A DNA stretch of 64,000 nt from an uncultured Candidatus Saccharibacteria bacterium. Its GTDB lineage: Bacteria; Patescibacteriota; Minisyncoccia; Phycocordibacterales; JAACPR01. Each line of letters opens with the position of its first letter. Position 1 is the first letter of the stretch. Location: the NCBI GenBank assembly GCA_964618845.1, contig CAZUCU010000001.1, positions 468 through 64,467 of the forward strand. Direction: 5' to 3'. Shown piece after piece: positions 48,379 through 58,269 of the stretch. The position numbers were made by a program, and so were the translations under genes. A model generated the notes under the pieces. That model saw nothing but the letters and a program-made list of their open reading frames with translations. It searched no databases and had not been told where the DNA came from.

Positions 48379-49671
48379 TCAGTTTTTGTCAATCCAAAAA
48401 TCTTCCTGCCTCACCAATAATTCCTTTGCTTTTTCTTTGTTTTCTATAACTTCTTTTACAATCTTTTCCATTCTCATTGTTTGAGAGCCTTTTATCAAGA
48501 CAATACTTCTTTTATCTAAAAGTTCTTTTAATTTAAAAACTAATTTCTCATGTGTTTCAAAAGAAAAAACTTTTTCTTTCTCCATTCCAGAAATTAATAC
48601 TTCTTCAACAATAAACTCCGCTCTTTTACCAATAGTTAATAAGTAATCAAATTTTAATTCACAAATTAATTTTCCGATCATTCTGTGTTCATTAGCAGTA
48701 TATTTTCCAAGTTCTGACATGTCACCTAAAACCACTATCTTTGGTTTGACATTTTTTATTTTTGACAAAACTTTTAATGCTTCTTCAACGGCAACAGGAG
48801 AAGAATTATAACTATCGTCTATTATTGTGGAATTATTAATGCCCTTTAAAATTTTCATTCTGCCTGGAGCAGTAACATAGTTTGCAATAGAATTTAACAT
48901 TTTCACTACATCTATTTCATTTGATATTCCGCAAGCAAAAGCTATTAAAATTGGATAGATATGTTGCTTTCCTAAAACTCCCAAAATTTTGAAAGGCATG
49001 GAATTGTTTCCAAAATTAATTTTAAAATTGACTCCAATTGGATATTTGTTTTCATAGATTATATCAATATTAGAAGCTTTTATATCCGCATCTAAATCAA
49101 TCCCATAGGTGATAACTCGACTTTTGATCTCGTTTTTTATCTCCATTATAAGAGGGTCATCAGCATTCAAAATGGCGTGACCATCTTTCTTAAGGCCTTT
49201 TATCATTTTTTTATCTTCATCATTTAATTCTTTTGGAGAAGAAAAATATTCAACATGAACAGGCACCTTCGGAAATCTGGTAAAAACAGCAATATCTATT
49301 TTTATCCAACTTATAAGTTTATCCATATCTTTTGGGTGATCAGTACCCAATTCCAAAACTAACCATTTAGGATATTTTTTATTAAATAAAACCAAAAATC
49401 CTTCAGAGATATTTATCAACCATTTAAATAAATTATGATATCCATTTTCTAATCCTAAAATAGTCAATGGAACTCCAATCTCACTATTAAAACTTTTTTG
49501 GTTTTTTCTTATGTATAGAGAACCAGACAAAGCAGAAAAAATAGCATCTTTTGCAGAAGTTTTTCCAACACTACCAGAAACACCAATTATTTTGGGTTTA
49601 AATCTCTTTAAAACCATTTTGGATTCTAATTTCAATATAAAAATGATAATTTTTTTTAATATTTCTTTCAT
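48379..49671 (-). CDS. murF: MurF ligase
   Basis: GSVGKTS, NSEIGVPLT, DDSYNSSP, LGDMSELG, IKGS. Confidence 0.93.
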   Translation of the reverse strand: MKEILKKIIIFILKLESKMVLKRFKPKIIGVSGSVGKTSAKDAIFSALSGSLYIRKNQKSFNSEIGVPLTILGLENGYHNLFKWLINISEGFLVLFNKKYPKWLVLELGTDHPKDMDKLISWIKIDIAVFTRFPKVPVHVEYFSSPKELNDEDKKMIKGLKKDGHAILNADDPLIMEIKNEIKSRVITYGIDLDADIKASNIDIIYENKYPIGVNFKINFGNNSMPFKILGVLGKQHIYPILIAFACGISNEIDVVKMLNSIANYVTAPGRMKILKGINNSTIIDDSYNSSPVAVEEALKVLSKIKNVKPKIVVLGDMSELGKYTANEHRMIGKLICELKFDYLLTIGKRAEFIVEEVLISGMEKEKVFSFETHEKLVFKLKELLDKRSIVLIKGSQTMRMEKIVKEVIENKEKAKELLVRQEDFWIDKN

Positions 49672-49672
49672 A

Positions 49673-51373
49673 TTATCTATCTGGTTCTATTTGATAATAA
49701 TTTATCAAATATTTCACAATTTCACTAAAAGGTAAAGTCAAAGAATCAGCAGAATATAAAACTCCGTGTGGTTCAACTGCATAAAGTAAAATTATAAACT
49801 TGGGATCAAAAGCAGGAAAATATCCTATAAAGGAATGTAGATATTTATCTTCTGAATATTTTCCATTTTCTACAACTTGAGCAGTCCCTGTTTTGGCTGC
49901 AATTGAATAATTCTTCATAGAAATTTTTCCTCCCAAAAGAGCTTCGTCTACTGCCTTTACCAACATAGAAGAAACTTGAGCTGTAGTTTCTCCATTAAAG
50001 ATTTTTATTTTTTCTTTTGGTTTTATTTCTTCCTCCTTGTTTAAGGAATATTTAATTGATTTTACGACATGTGGATAAATCAAATAACCACCATTTGCCA
50101 ATGTATTTAAAGCTCTTATTGTTTGAATAGGAGAAACCGCTATTCCCTGTCCAAAAGAAGCACTTGCTATTTCTATACTTCGCAAAGAATTCAAATTATC
50201 AATTTTTGATCCTACTTCATTTGGTAAATCGATCTCTGTTTTTTGATCAAAGATTTTTTTTATATAATCTCTAAATTTTGATTCTCCTACTAATAAGGCC
50301 ACATGAGCTGCTCCCAAATTAAGAGATTTGTTCAAAACTTCTTGCATATTAACTACACCATGGGGCTTTTTATCATGATTATAAAAAGTTTCTCCATTTA
50401 GGGTCATACTACCCAAATCATTATATGTACTATTAGGAGATATTTTATTTTCTTCAATACCAATCGCAATTGTCAGTGGTTTAATAATTGATCCCATCTG
50501 ATAAATACTCTCTACAATATCATTATTAAAGATAGAGACATTTTCTTCTTTACCAAAATTATTTAAATCAAAAGTTGGATTTAGAGCCATAGCATAGATT
50601 TCTCCATTTTCTGGATTCATTATAATAATACCAACCTTTTGTGGATTCCACTGTTTATTTATTTTAGAAATGGTTTCTTCTGCAAATGTTTGGACATTTG
50701 GTTCTATAGTTAAAACAATAGACTCTAAATTTTCTTTTGTGTTCTTTTTCTCATTTGGTCTCGAAAAAAGTTGCACAAAAAAATTTTTAAACAAGACATT
50801 TTTTTCCTTTATTAGTAAGTCATTAAACTGCCTTTCTAAACCATATGTCCCAGTTAAATTATCACCCCTATATGACAAAAACCCTATTATATGAGCTGCT
50901 AATTCTTTACCGGGATAAAATCTAAATTTTTTCTCATCATTAGAGATTCCTTGTAATCTTAATTTCATTACCCTCTCTGTGATTTCTTTACTTACATTAT
51001 TTGCAATCAATTCTGAACTATCATTTTTTTTCGTTGCTTTAACAAAAAATTCCTCGGCGTTTAGGCTTATTTCTGCTGACAAAATATTAAAAACGTCTTC
51101 TGGATTTTTGATAACTCTTGGATCAATAAAAATATTATAATTTGATTTATCGATCGCTGCAAAAAATTCTTTTCCATCTTTATATTTTAAAATAATAGCT
51201 CCCCTATCAATATAATCTGGAGAAAATTCTACATATTGTTTATTTGAAATTTCTTTATAAGAATCAAATTTATTAACTTGTAAATCATAAAGTTTAAAAA
51301 TAATTAAGATAAAAAAAATGGCAAAAAATAAAGTAAATAATCTTATCCAAAATATACTAATTTGAGATTGCAT
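49673..51373 (-). CDS. ftsI: Class B penicillin-binding protein (FtsI-like)
   Basis: SIIK, SLN, KTG; in the mraZ-rsmH cluster. Confidence 0.88.
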   Translation of the reverse strand: MQSQISIFWIRLFTLFFAIFFILIIFKLYDLQVNKFDSYKEISNKQYVEFSPDYIDRGAIILKYKDGKEFFAAIDKSNYNIFIDPRVIKNPEDVFNILSAEISLNAEEFFVKATKKNDSSELIANNVSKEITERVMKLRLQGISNDEKKFRFYPGKELAAHIIGFLSYRGDNLTGTYGLERQFNDLLIKEKNVLFKNFFVQLFSRPNEKKNTKENLESIVLTIEPNVQTFAEETISKINKQWNPQKVGIIIMNPENGEIYAMALNPTFDLNNFGKEENVSIFNNDIVESIYQMGSIIKPLTIAIGIEENKISPNSTYNDLGSMTLNGETFYNHDKKPHGVVNMQEVLNKSLNLGAAHVALLVGESKFRDYIKKIFDQKTEIDLPNEVGSKIDNLNSLRSIEIASASFGQGIAVSPIQTIRALNTLANGGYLIYPHVVKSIKYSLNKEEEIKPKEKIKIFNGETTAQVSSMLVKAVDEALLGGKISMKNYSIAAKTGTAQVVENGKYSEDKYLHSFIGYFPAFDPKFIILLYAVEPHGVLYSADSLTLPFSEIVKYLINYYQIEPDR

Positions 51374-51677
51374 TTATAGCAGTTTTTGGATTCTTTTTAA
51401 TAAAAACGATATCAGAAATTTCAACAAAACCATTTTCTAAAGCCATTTCTCTATTTATTGTTCTTTTAACATCTACCATTTGAAATTCTGTTTCACTTAT
51501 TTGTGATTTTATATCAGAAATTTTCTCTTCTAAATTTTGAATACTAATAGCATAAGAGATTGATAATTGATATGAATATATATAAATAAAAATTGAAACA
51601 ACAATAAAAATTATAGACAAAAATGATAAGTTATATGTTGATAAAATATTTATTTTTAGGTTTTTTGTTTTATTCAT
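51357..51677 (-). CDS. FtsL-like protein
   Basis: TM plus coiled coil, ALENGF; located between rsmH and ftsI. Confidence 0.6.
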   Translation of the reverse strand: MNKTKNLKINILSTYNLSFLSIIFIVVSIFIYIYSYQLSISYAISIQNLEEKISDIKSQISETEFQMVDVKRTINREMALENGFVEISDIVFIKKNPKTAINAISN

Positions 51678-52569
51678 ATAATTTTTCTAATATTCTTAAT
51701 TTTGCACTTCTTGATCTTGAGTTATTTTCTAATTCACTTTTCTTCGGAATTATTGGCTTTTTATTAATTCTTTTGGCCCTTTTAGTCTTTTCTTTATGGA
51801 TCATAAATCTTTTTACAATCCTATCTTCTATAGAATGAAAAGAAATTACTAACAATCTGCCTCCCTTTTTTAAGTAATCAAAAGTTTTGTTCAAAGTAAT
51901 AGATAGACCATCAAATTCATCGTTTACAACAATTCTAAGTGCTTGAAAAGTCTTTGTTGCTGGATGAATTTTTCCATAATGATAAAATTTTGGGGTTGCT
52001 TTTTTAATTATATCTACTAATTCAAAAGTGGTTTTTATTTCCTTGGTTTTTCTTTCATCCACAATTTTTTTAGCAATTTTTTTAGCATACTTCTCTTCTC
52101 CAAAACCATAAATAATATCTGCTAATGACTCTTCACTAAAAGTATTAACAATCATCTTTGCTGTTAAATCCGAGGATTCCAGATTCTTTTTCATTGTCAT
52201 AAGTAGTGGTTCATCTTTTTGAAAAGTAAAACCCCTACCCGAAGATTCTAATTGTTCAGAACTAATTCCCAGATCAAGTAAAAATGCGTCAACTTTTTCA
52301 ACACCATTTTTATCTAAAATTTTATCAAATTGAGTGTTAGAGGATTTTTCCAAAATAATTTTAGATTTTGAGTTTTCCAAATAATTAGCAGATCTTTTAA
52401 TAGCATCAATATCTTTATCAATTCCGATTATAATTAGATTATTCAAACCTAATTTAGAAACCGCTTGGCTATGCCCCGCACTACCCAGAGTTAAATCTAC
52501 AAAAACAGCATTATCTTTTAATTTTAGATTTTCTATTACTTCTTGTAAAAGAACAGGTTTGTGTCTCAT
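51670..52569 (-). CDS. rsmH: 16S rRNA m4C1402 methyltransferase
   Basis: HKPVLL, DLGISS, TFQALRI, ISFHSIEDR, RSRSAKLR. Confidence 0.97.
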   Translation of the reverse strand: MRHKPVLLQEVIENLKLKDNAVFVDLTLGSAGHSQAVSKLGLNNLIIIGIDKDIDAIKRSANYLENSKSKIILEKSSNTQFDKILDKNGVEKVDAFLLDLGISSEQLESSGRGFTFQKDEPLLMTMKKNLESSDLTAKMIVNTFSEESLADIIYGFGEEKYAKKIAKKIVDERKTKEIKTTFELVDIIKKATPKFYHYGKIHPATKTFQALRIVVNDEFDGLSITLNKTFDYLKKGGRLLVISFHSIEDRIVKRFMIHKEKTKRAKRINKKPIIPKKSELENNSRSRSAKLRILEKLYE

Positions 52570-52571
52570 GT

Positions 52572-53006
52572 TTAAATTGCTCCTATTTCCCCCAATTTTT
52601 CTGCCATTTGATCAGCATTCTTGGTAACTTGAAATTTGTACTTTTCCCAACTATCTTCATCCCAAACTTCAATTCGATTGTATACACCAGCAAAAACAAC
52701 TTTAGTTTTTATGTTTGCAAATTTTTTTAAATTTTCTGGAATTAATATTCTTCCAACGGAATCAACATTTATTTCTGTTGCTCCTGACAAGAAAAAACGA
52801 TTAAATCCTCTTTTATCTGCTTGTCCCATTCCAAGCTCTCCAACTTTGGATGCAATTTTTTCCCATCCTTTAACAGGATAGATAAAGAGACAATTATCTA
52901 ATCCTTGTGTAATGATTAATCTTTTTCCAAGCACACTTCTAAACTTACTAGGAAGTGAAATCCTTTTTTTTTCATCAAGTGTGTGTTTGTACTCTCCGAT
53001 TAACAT
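52572..53006 (-). CDS. mraZ: Transcriptional regulator MraZ
   Basis: DEKKRISLP, DSVGRILIP, IEVW. Confidence 0.97.
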   Translation of the reverse strand: MLIGEYKHTLDEKKRISLPSKFRSVLGKRLIITQGLDNCLFIYPVKGWEKIASKVGELGMGQADKRGFNRFFLSGATEINVDSVGRILIPENLKKFANIKTKVVFAGVYNRIEVWDEDSWEKYKFQVTKNADQMAEKLGEIGAI

Positions 53007-53016
53007 TTCATATATT

Positions 53017-53054
53017 TACCACTTTATCCCACTTGATTAATATTATAACCCACT
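53017..53054 (-). promoter_or_regulatory. MraZ-type GTGG(G) direct repeats overlapping a TATAAT
   Basis: Minus strand gtgggttataat...gtgggataaagtggtaa. Confidence 0.7.
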
Positions 53055-53076
53055 ATTTAACATTTTGCACAAATAG

Positions 53077-53085
53077 TTATCCACA
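53077..53085 (+). promoter_or_regulatory. Perfect DnaA box
   Basis: TTATCCACA upstream of mraZ. Confidence 0.5.
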
Positions 53086-53160
53086 GCATAAGACGAAGCG
53101 CAAAATAAAAAATTCAAAATTCAAAATAAAATTTATTTTCTTTTTTTAGTGAGAACTGAT

Positions 53161-53321
53161 CTTCCCAAAATAAAATTAAATATCTTTCGAGAACCGTGTT
53201 TGAGCGGGAGGATGATTATATTTTTTATAAAGCATATACCCCGTCTGACGGGGTGTAACGAAAATGGCAATCGTGTCTAGAGCGAGTTTTCGAGAAAGAT
53301 ATATAATTTTATTTTGGGAGG
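53161..53321. repeat. Long hairpin/MITE-like element with 27-bp arms (2 mismatches)
   Basis: cttcccaaaataaaattaaatatcttt / aaagatatataattttattttgggagg. Confidence 0.85.
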
Positions 53322-53322
53322 A

Positions 53323-54798
53323 TTATTCGAGTCGTGGTTTCATTAAAGGAAAGAGTTGTGTTTCTCTTATGGGTTTATCTATCAAAAAAGCAAAGAGCCT
53401 TTCTCCTACTCCAAAACCAAAATTAGGTGGCATTCCATATTCAAGCATTTCAACAAATTCATTGTCACTCATCATTGCTTCTTTGTCTCCTTCCTTTATT
53501 AATTTATTTTGAATATCAAAACGATTTTTTTGATCAATAGGATCATTTAACTCTGCGTGGGCTCTACCAATTTCACTTCCAGCAATTATAATCTGAAACA
53601 TTTCTGTCTTTCTATTATCTTTTTCGTTTTCTTTTGAAAGTGGAGCAACGAGTTTTGGATGATTTACCAAAAAAACAGGACCTGAAATGTTTTTTCTACA
53701 ATATTTCCAAAGAGCATCGGTCATTCTTTCTTTGTTTTTTCCTTCAAATTTTATTTCCAATTTTTCAAGAACTTTTTCCATTTCATTTTCATTTGCTTCC
53801 AAAACATCAACTCCTGTTTGTTTTTTAACTTCATCAACATAATCAATTTCTTTCCACTCAGAAGCCAAATCAAATTTATGACCTCTTGTTTTAAACTTAG
53901 TTTTTCCAAAAACATCTTCCGCAATTTTTATATATAAATCTCTAACAAGCTTTTTCCCCTCTTCCAAATTCATATAGGAAGCATAAAATTCCATATTAGT
54001 AAATTCTTGTAAGTGTTCTGCGCTCCCCCCTTCATTTCTAAAAATCCTTCCTATTTCAAAAGTTCTTGGAAATCCAGCTGCCATTAATCTTTTTTGCCAA
54101 AGTTCACCAACAGAAATTCGAAGATATATATCTATATCAAAATCATTATGATGAGTTTGAAACGGTCTTGCCTCTGCTCCTCCTGTTGTTATTTCCAAAT
54201 ATGGAGTCTCTACTTCTAAAAAATTTTTATTTAGCAAAAACTCTCTCATTGTTTGCCAAAATTTTGCTTTTTTGTAGAAAATCTTTTTTGCGTCATCATC
54301 AAACAATAAATCTAAATATCTTTTTCTAAATCTTTCATCTTCGTCTTTTATTCCATAAAAACTATCGGGAATTGGAAGAAGGGATTTGGTCAAAATTCTC
54401 CAAGATACAACATCCAGACTTTCTTGCCCAGATTTTGTAATAAAAGGTTTTCCTTTTACTTCAATAAAATCTCCAATGTCTACAGTGTCTTTAAAAAGAA
54501 TAAAGGCATCTTCTATTTCTTTATCAAAATAAGAAATATTGTTTTCTTTTTTTAAAACTATTTGAAATTTAGAGGTACCATCAAATATATCGACAAATAT
54601 TATCGCCCCTTGTCCACGTTGAGACATTATTCTACCAACAACTATTAGCTCTTGATTTTGTAATTTATCAAAATAATCAACAATCTCTTTGAGATTGTGG
54701 GTTTTTAATGACTTACTTGGATAAACATTTATCCCCAAAGTTTCTAATTTTTTTCTTTTTTTGAGCCTTATGGCTCGTAATTCTTCATGTGATGCCAT
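53323..54798 (-). CDS. lysS: Lysine-tRNA ligase (class II)
   Basis: RKRYLDL, GGAEARPF, FRNEG, ELNDP, YGMPP. Confidence 0.97.
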   Translation of the reverse strand: MASHEELRAIRLKKRKKLETLGINVYPSKSLKTHNLKEIVDYFDKLQNQELIVVGRIMSQRGQGAIIFVDIFDGTSKFQIVLKKENNISYFDKEIEDAFILFKDTVDIGDFIEVKGKPFITKSGQESLDVVSWRILTKSLLPIPDSFYGIKDEDERFRKRYLDLLFDDDAKKIFYKKAKFWQTMREFLLNKNFLEVETPYLEITTGGAEARPFQTHHNDFDIDIYLRISVGELWQKRLMAAGFPRTFEIGRIFRNEGGSAEHLQEFTNMEFYASYMNLEEGKKLVRDLYIKIAEDVFGKTKFKTRGHKFDLASEWKEIDYVDEVKKQTGVDVLEANENEMEKVLEKLEIKFEGKNKERMTDALWKYCRKNISGPVFLVNHPKLVAPLSKENEKDNRKTEMFQIIIAGSEIGRAHAELNDPIDQKNRFDIQNKLIKEGDKEAMMSDNEFVEMLEYGMPPNFGFGVGERLFAFLIDKPIRETQLFPLMKPRLE

Positions 54799-54813
54799 GA
54801 AAAGATTATACCA

Positions 54814-55278
54814 TTATTTTACATCAATAATCTTATATTCAATTTTTCCTCTTGCCGTTTTAAATTCAAAAGTCTCCCCCTTTTTCTTTCCAAGAATAGA
54901 CTGGCCAAGAGGAGATTGGTTAGAGATTTTATTTTGAGTAATGTCAGCTTCTTCTGAACCCACAATAACAAAAGTTTGCTTCTCTGAAGAGGGGGTTCTG
55001 AGGACAACAACTTGTGAACCAATTTCTACAGTATTACTTTTTTTATGCTCAACAATTTCTGAGCTTTTCAAAATATTTTCTATTTGAGAAATTCGAAATT
55101 CTATTTGCGCTTGTCTATCACGGGCTTCATGATACTCAGCATTTTCTGATAAATCACCCATACCTTTTGCGACTTGCAATTGTTCTGCAATTTCTCTTCT
55201 TTTATTTGTCTGAAGTTCTGCTAATTCAGCTTGCAATTCTTCAAATTTTTCTTTTGTTAAATATTCTTTTTCCTCCAT
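54814..55278 (-). CDS. greA: Transcription elongation factor GreA
   Basis: GDLSENAEY, ISNQSPLG. Confidence 0.97.
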   Translation of the reverse strand: MEEKEYLTKEKFEELQAELAELQTNKRREIAEQLQVAKGMGDLSENAEYHEARDRQAQIEFRISQIENILKSSEIVEHKKSNTVEIGSQVVVLRTPSSEKQTFVIVGSEEADITQNKISNQSPLGQSILGKKKGETFEFKTARGKIEYKIIDVK

Positions 55279-55410
55279 TAAAATATAAGTAAATAATAAT
55301 TAAAGAGACATTATACTTTTTTTCTTTTAGAAGTAAAGGACTTTTTTCAGTTAACACTCTGAGGTGACAAATTGGCTTTTTAAAGGTAACAAGTGTTAGC
55401 CAAAAAAATA

Positions 55411-57099
55411 TTAAAGATATTCCTGTCTATAAAGATTCATCCATTCAAAAACCTGTTTCATCACGGCAACTCCTCCTACCAGATTGACTGTGCCCCCCCT
55501 TTCCATTATGACAACAAAAGCGTACTTTGGATTTTCATAAGGGAAAAAACCAATAAGAGATGAGTTAACTTTATCTTTTAAAATTCCGATTTCTGCAGTA
55601 CCAGTTTTGGCTGCTACTTTTACAAAAGGAAAGTCTAAACTTTTTACCCTGCCATCAGTAACTGCTAAACGCATTCCTTCTTTTACGGTTTTATAAACCC
55701 AAGGTTCAATATAGTTTAATTCTCTTTCAACTTCTGAATTAGAATTCAATAAAATTTTTGGTTTCAAAATCTTCCCTTCATTTGCTATCATAGCAACTCC
55801 CCTAACAGCTTGAATTGGGGTAATTTGAAAGCCATATTGTCCAATAGAAGTAAAATAAGTATCCCCAAGACGCCAGATATCACCATCAAAATTTTCTGAT
55901 TTCCATTTTGGATTCGGCACTGTACCAGAAAGCATTGAAGAAATTTCTCCGTTTACAGGATTTCCAAAACCATAATCTCTCATATATTTTTCAATTCTTG
56001 AAATACCCAAACCCTCTATGTCTTCATATCCTCCTCCAACAACATAAAAATAAATATTAGAAGAAACGGCCAATGCTTCTTTTATATTTACTGGTCCATA
56101 AGCTTGAAAATCACTAAAATAACTTGGATTATCAGGGTCATAAGGATTTGGAACTACCAACTCGCCTTTGGAGACAATTTTTGTAGTCGGATCAATAACT
56201 TTTTCATTTAAGGCTGCTAATGCCATAAAGGGTTTGACTATAGACCCAGGAGTATAAAGACCCTGAATGGCTCGATTTAAAAAAGGATTTCGAGAATCTG
56301 AACTTATTTGTTTTAAATATTCTTGATCCCCATCCGTTAATTTATTTGAATTAATTTCTGGATAAGTAGTTAAAGCCAAAATTTGTCCTGTATTAACATC
56401 CATTATAATCGCGCTACCACCTACATAACCGACATTATCCGCAATTTCTTTTACTGATTGATACAACTTTTCTTGTAAACCTAAATCTATACTCAATTTT
56501 ATACTATCACCTTGTTTGGGATTTAAAATCACATTCTTAGAAATAATTTCATCCAGCGCATTGGTTTCAACAATTGTCGTTCCATTTATACCAGATAAAA
56601 TATCATCAAATATTTTTTCGACACCATCAATTCCTCTATAATTTAGCTCGTAATAAAAACCTTTACTATCTTTTTTGGGATATTTTATATAACCAATTAG
56701 ATTTCCTATTCCATCTTTTTTGGCATAAATTCTTTTGGCAAAATCATTATCTTTTTGTGGTTCATTCCATGCTATCAATTCTCCATTCCGATCTAAAATA
56801 TTTCCCCTACTTGCAAAGATAACTGAGTGATTTAACCGATTATTTTCGCTCAAATTTTGGTAAGTTTGGCCTTCTATTATCTGTAATTTAAAAATTCTGT
56901 ATGACAAAAAACACAAAATAAAAAAGAAAAAAAGGGATAAAAATCGAATAGATTTTTTTGAAACAGGTTTTTCAATCCTTCCTTCAAATTGATCTTTATC
57001 AAATTCAGGTAAATTTTGAGAATCTAAAAAAATTTCATCAGGATCAATATTTTTATTGTAGATTCTTTTTTCTTTTTTATTTAAAAATTTTTTAATCAT
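55411..57099 (-). CDS. mrdA: Penicillin-binding protein 2
   Basis: RGNILDRNG, PGSIVKP, SSN, KTG; downstream of mreBC. Confidence 0.9.
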   Translation of the reverse strand: MIKKFLNKKEKRIYNKNIDPDEIFLDSQNLPEFDKDQFEGRIEKPVSKKSIRFLSLFFFFILCFLSYRIFKLQIIEGQTYQNLSENNRLNHSVIFASRGNILDRNGELIAWNEPQKDNDFAKRIYAKKDGIGNLIGYIKYPKKDSKGFYYELNYRGIDGVEKIFDDILSGINGTTIVETNALDEIISKNVILNPKQGDSIKLSIDLGLQEKLYQSVKEIADNVGYVGGSAIIMDVNTGQILALTTYPEINSNKLTDGDQEYLKQISSDSRNPFLNRAIQGLYTPGSIVKPFMALAALNEKVIDPTTKIVSKGELVVPNPYDPDNPSYFSDFQAYGPVNIKEALAVSSNIYFYVVGGGYEDIEGLGISRIEKYMRDYGFGNPVNGEISSMLSGTVPNPKWKSENFDGDIWRLGDTYFTSIGQYGFQITPIQAVRGVAMIANEGKILKPKILLNSNSEVERELNYIEPWVYKTVKEGMRLAVTDGRVKSLDFPFVKVAAKTGTAEIGILKDKVNSSLIGFFPYENPKYAFVVIMERGGTVNLVGGVAVMKQVFEWMNLYRQEYL

Positions 57100-57100
57100 T

Positions 57101-57355
57101 TTAGTAGATAATTAAATTCTTTTTAAAATTTAAAACTAAAAACAAAAGAATTATCGCGAATAAAGTTATTGGATACGGAAAATCCAAAATATACATGCTC
57201 CCATACAAAACATCTGCCAAAATAGCAATAATAATAATTTCATAAAATTTATCAAAATAAAATAATGAGGCCAAGGACAAAATTAAGACTAACCACCAAG
57301 GAAAAACAAAAAAAGAAAAAATTAACAAAACACCCAAAATTACCCTTAAAATCAT
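57101..57355 (-). CDS. Small membrane protein at the mreD position
   Basis: 84 aa, fully hydrophobic; lies between mreC and mrdA. Confidence 0.6.
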   Translation of the reverse strand: MILRVILGVLLIFSFFVFPWWLVLILSLASLFYFDKFYEIIIIAILADVLYGSMYILDFPYPITLFAIILLFLVLNFKKNLIIY

Positions 57356-57431
57356 AGAAGTATTTTAGCACAAAAAATATATTAGTGGGTATTTATTTTT
57401 AGTATAAATTTAATCTATAATATTAAATATC

Positions 57432-58223
57432 TCATTGGGAATCGTTTGGGGGGTTTTCTACTGAAACATAATTTATATCTCTAAAATCAATTGGAATATT
57501 AAAAAGAGCCTTTTTAAATAAATCATCTGAGGTAGAAGTTATTTTATTTATTACACCAAGTAAAATAATTTCATTTTCTGGATAAATTATAGGGTCCCCT
57601 TCTTTTATTTCAACATCTTTTGGTAAAATCATTTCATATTGTCCGCTTCCTTTTCCCAAGGCCTCAAATTGATTCCCATCAATTAGTTTTGCAGGTATTT
57701 TTGATTCAGAAGCAGAATAAAGTTTTGCGATAGCAATATTATCTCCTATTTCAACAATTTCACCCAAAATTACATTTTGATAATAGATTTTTTGTCCAAT
57801 TTTGGACTCATCAAATTTTCCCCCTAAAAGAAAATTGTCAAAACTAGAAAAAGGGGGTTTTAAAATCACTTTTGCTAACAAAGAATCTTTGGATTTTTCT
57901 TCTTTTTGAAAAAGTAAATCATTATACTCTTTTTTTAAAATTATATTTGACAAAACTTCAATTTTAAGATTTAGATTTTCTCTTTTTAAGAGCTGATTTT
58001 CTTTTTCCATTTTTTGTTTAGAAGAGAAAAAAAAGGAAATATTTGAAAAAGGTTTTAAAACTACCTCTTTGATATTCAAAATTGGTCCGGACATTAGCAA
58101 AGTAACTTTGTGAAGTGGTTTCCACTTAAAATAATTAAAAATAAGAAAAATAATTATCAAAATAACTATAAAAAATCGAAAAAAACTTTTTTTGTCTTTT
58201 CGACTTTTTTTAATATTCGTCAT
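57432..58223 (-). CDS. mreC: Rod shape protein MreC
   Basis: TM, coiled coil ENQLLK, AKVI, G.G.G; adjacent to mreB. Confidence 0.88.
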   Translation of the reverse strand: MTNIKKSRKDKKSFFRFFIVILIIIFLIFNYFKWKPLHKVTLLMSGPILNIKEVVLKPFSNISFFFSSKQKMEKENQLLKRENLNLKIEVLSNIILKKEYNDLLFQKEEKSKDSLLAKVILKPPFSSFDNFLLGGKFDESKIGQKIYYQNVILGEIVEIGDNIAIAKLYSASESKIPAKLIDGNQFEALGKGSGQYEMILPKDVEIKEGDPIIYPENEIILLGVINKITSTSDDLFKKALFNIPIDFRDINYVSVENPPNDSQ

Positions 58224-58269
58224 GAACCAATTATATCAAAAAAATTATAATGTTCCGAATCTAAAAAAA

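Noticed and set aside
43212-48379. Integrated prophage or island at tRNA-Glu
   Set aside because: No integrase and no duplicated tRNA 3' end found by eye
53077-53085. oriC
   Set aside because: Only one perfect DnaA box, and no dnaA or dnaN nearby
55350-55400. CIRCE operator
   Set aside because: The TTAACACTC half-site has no partner at N9; only a loose hairpin is present
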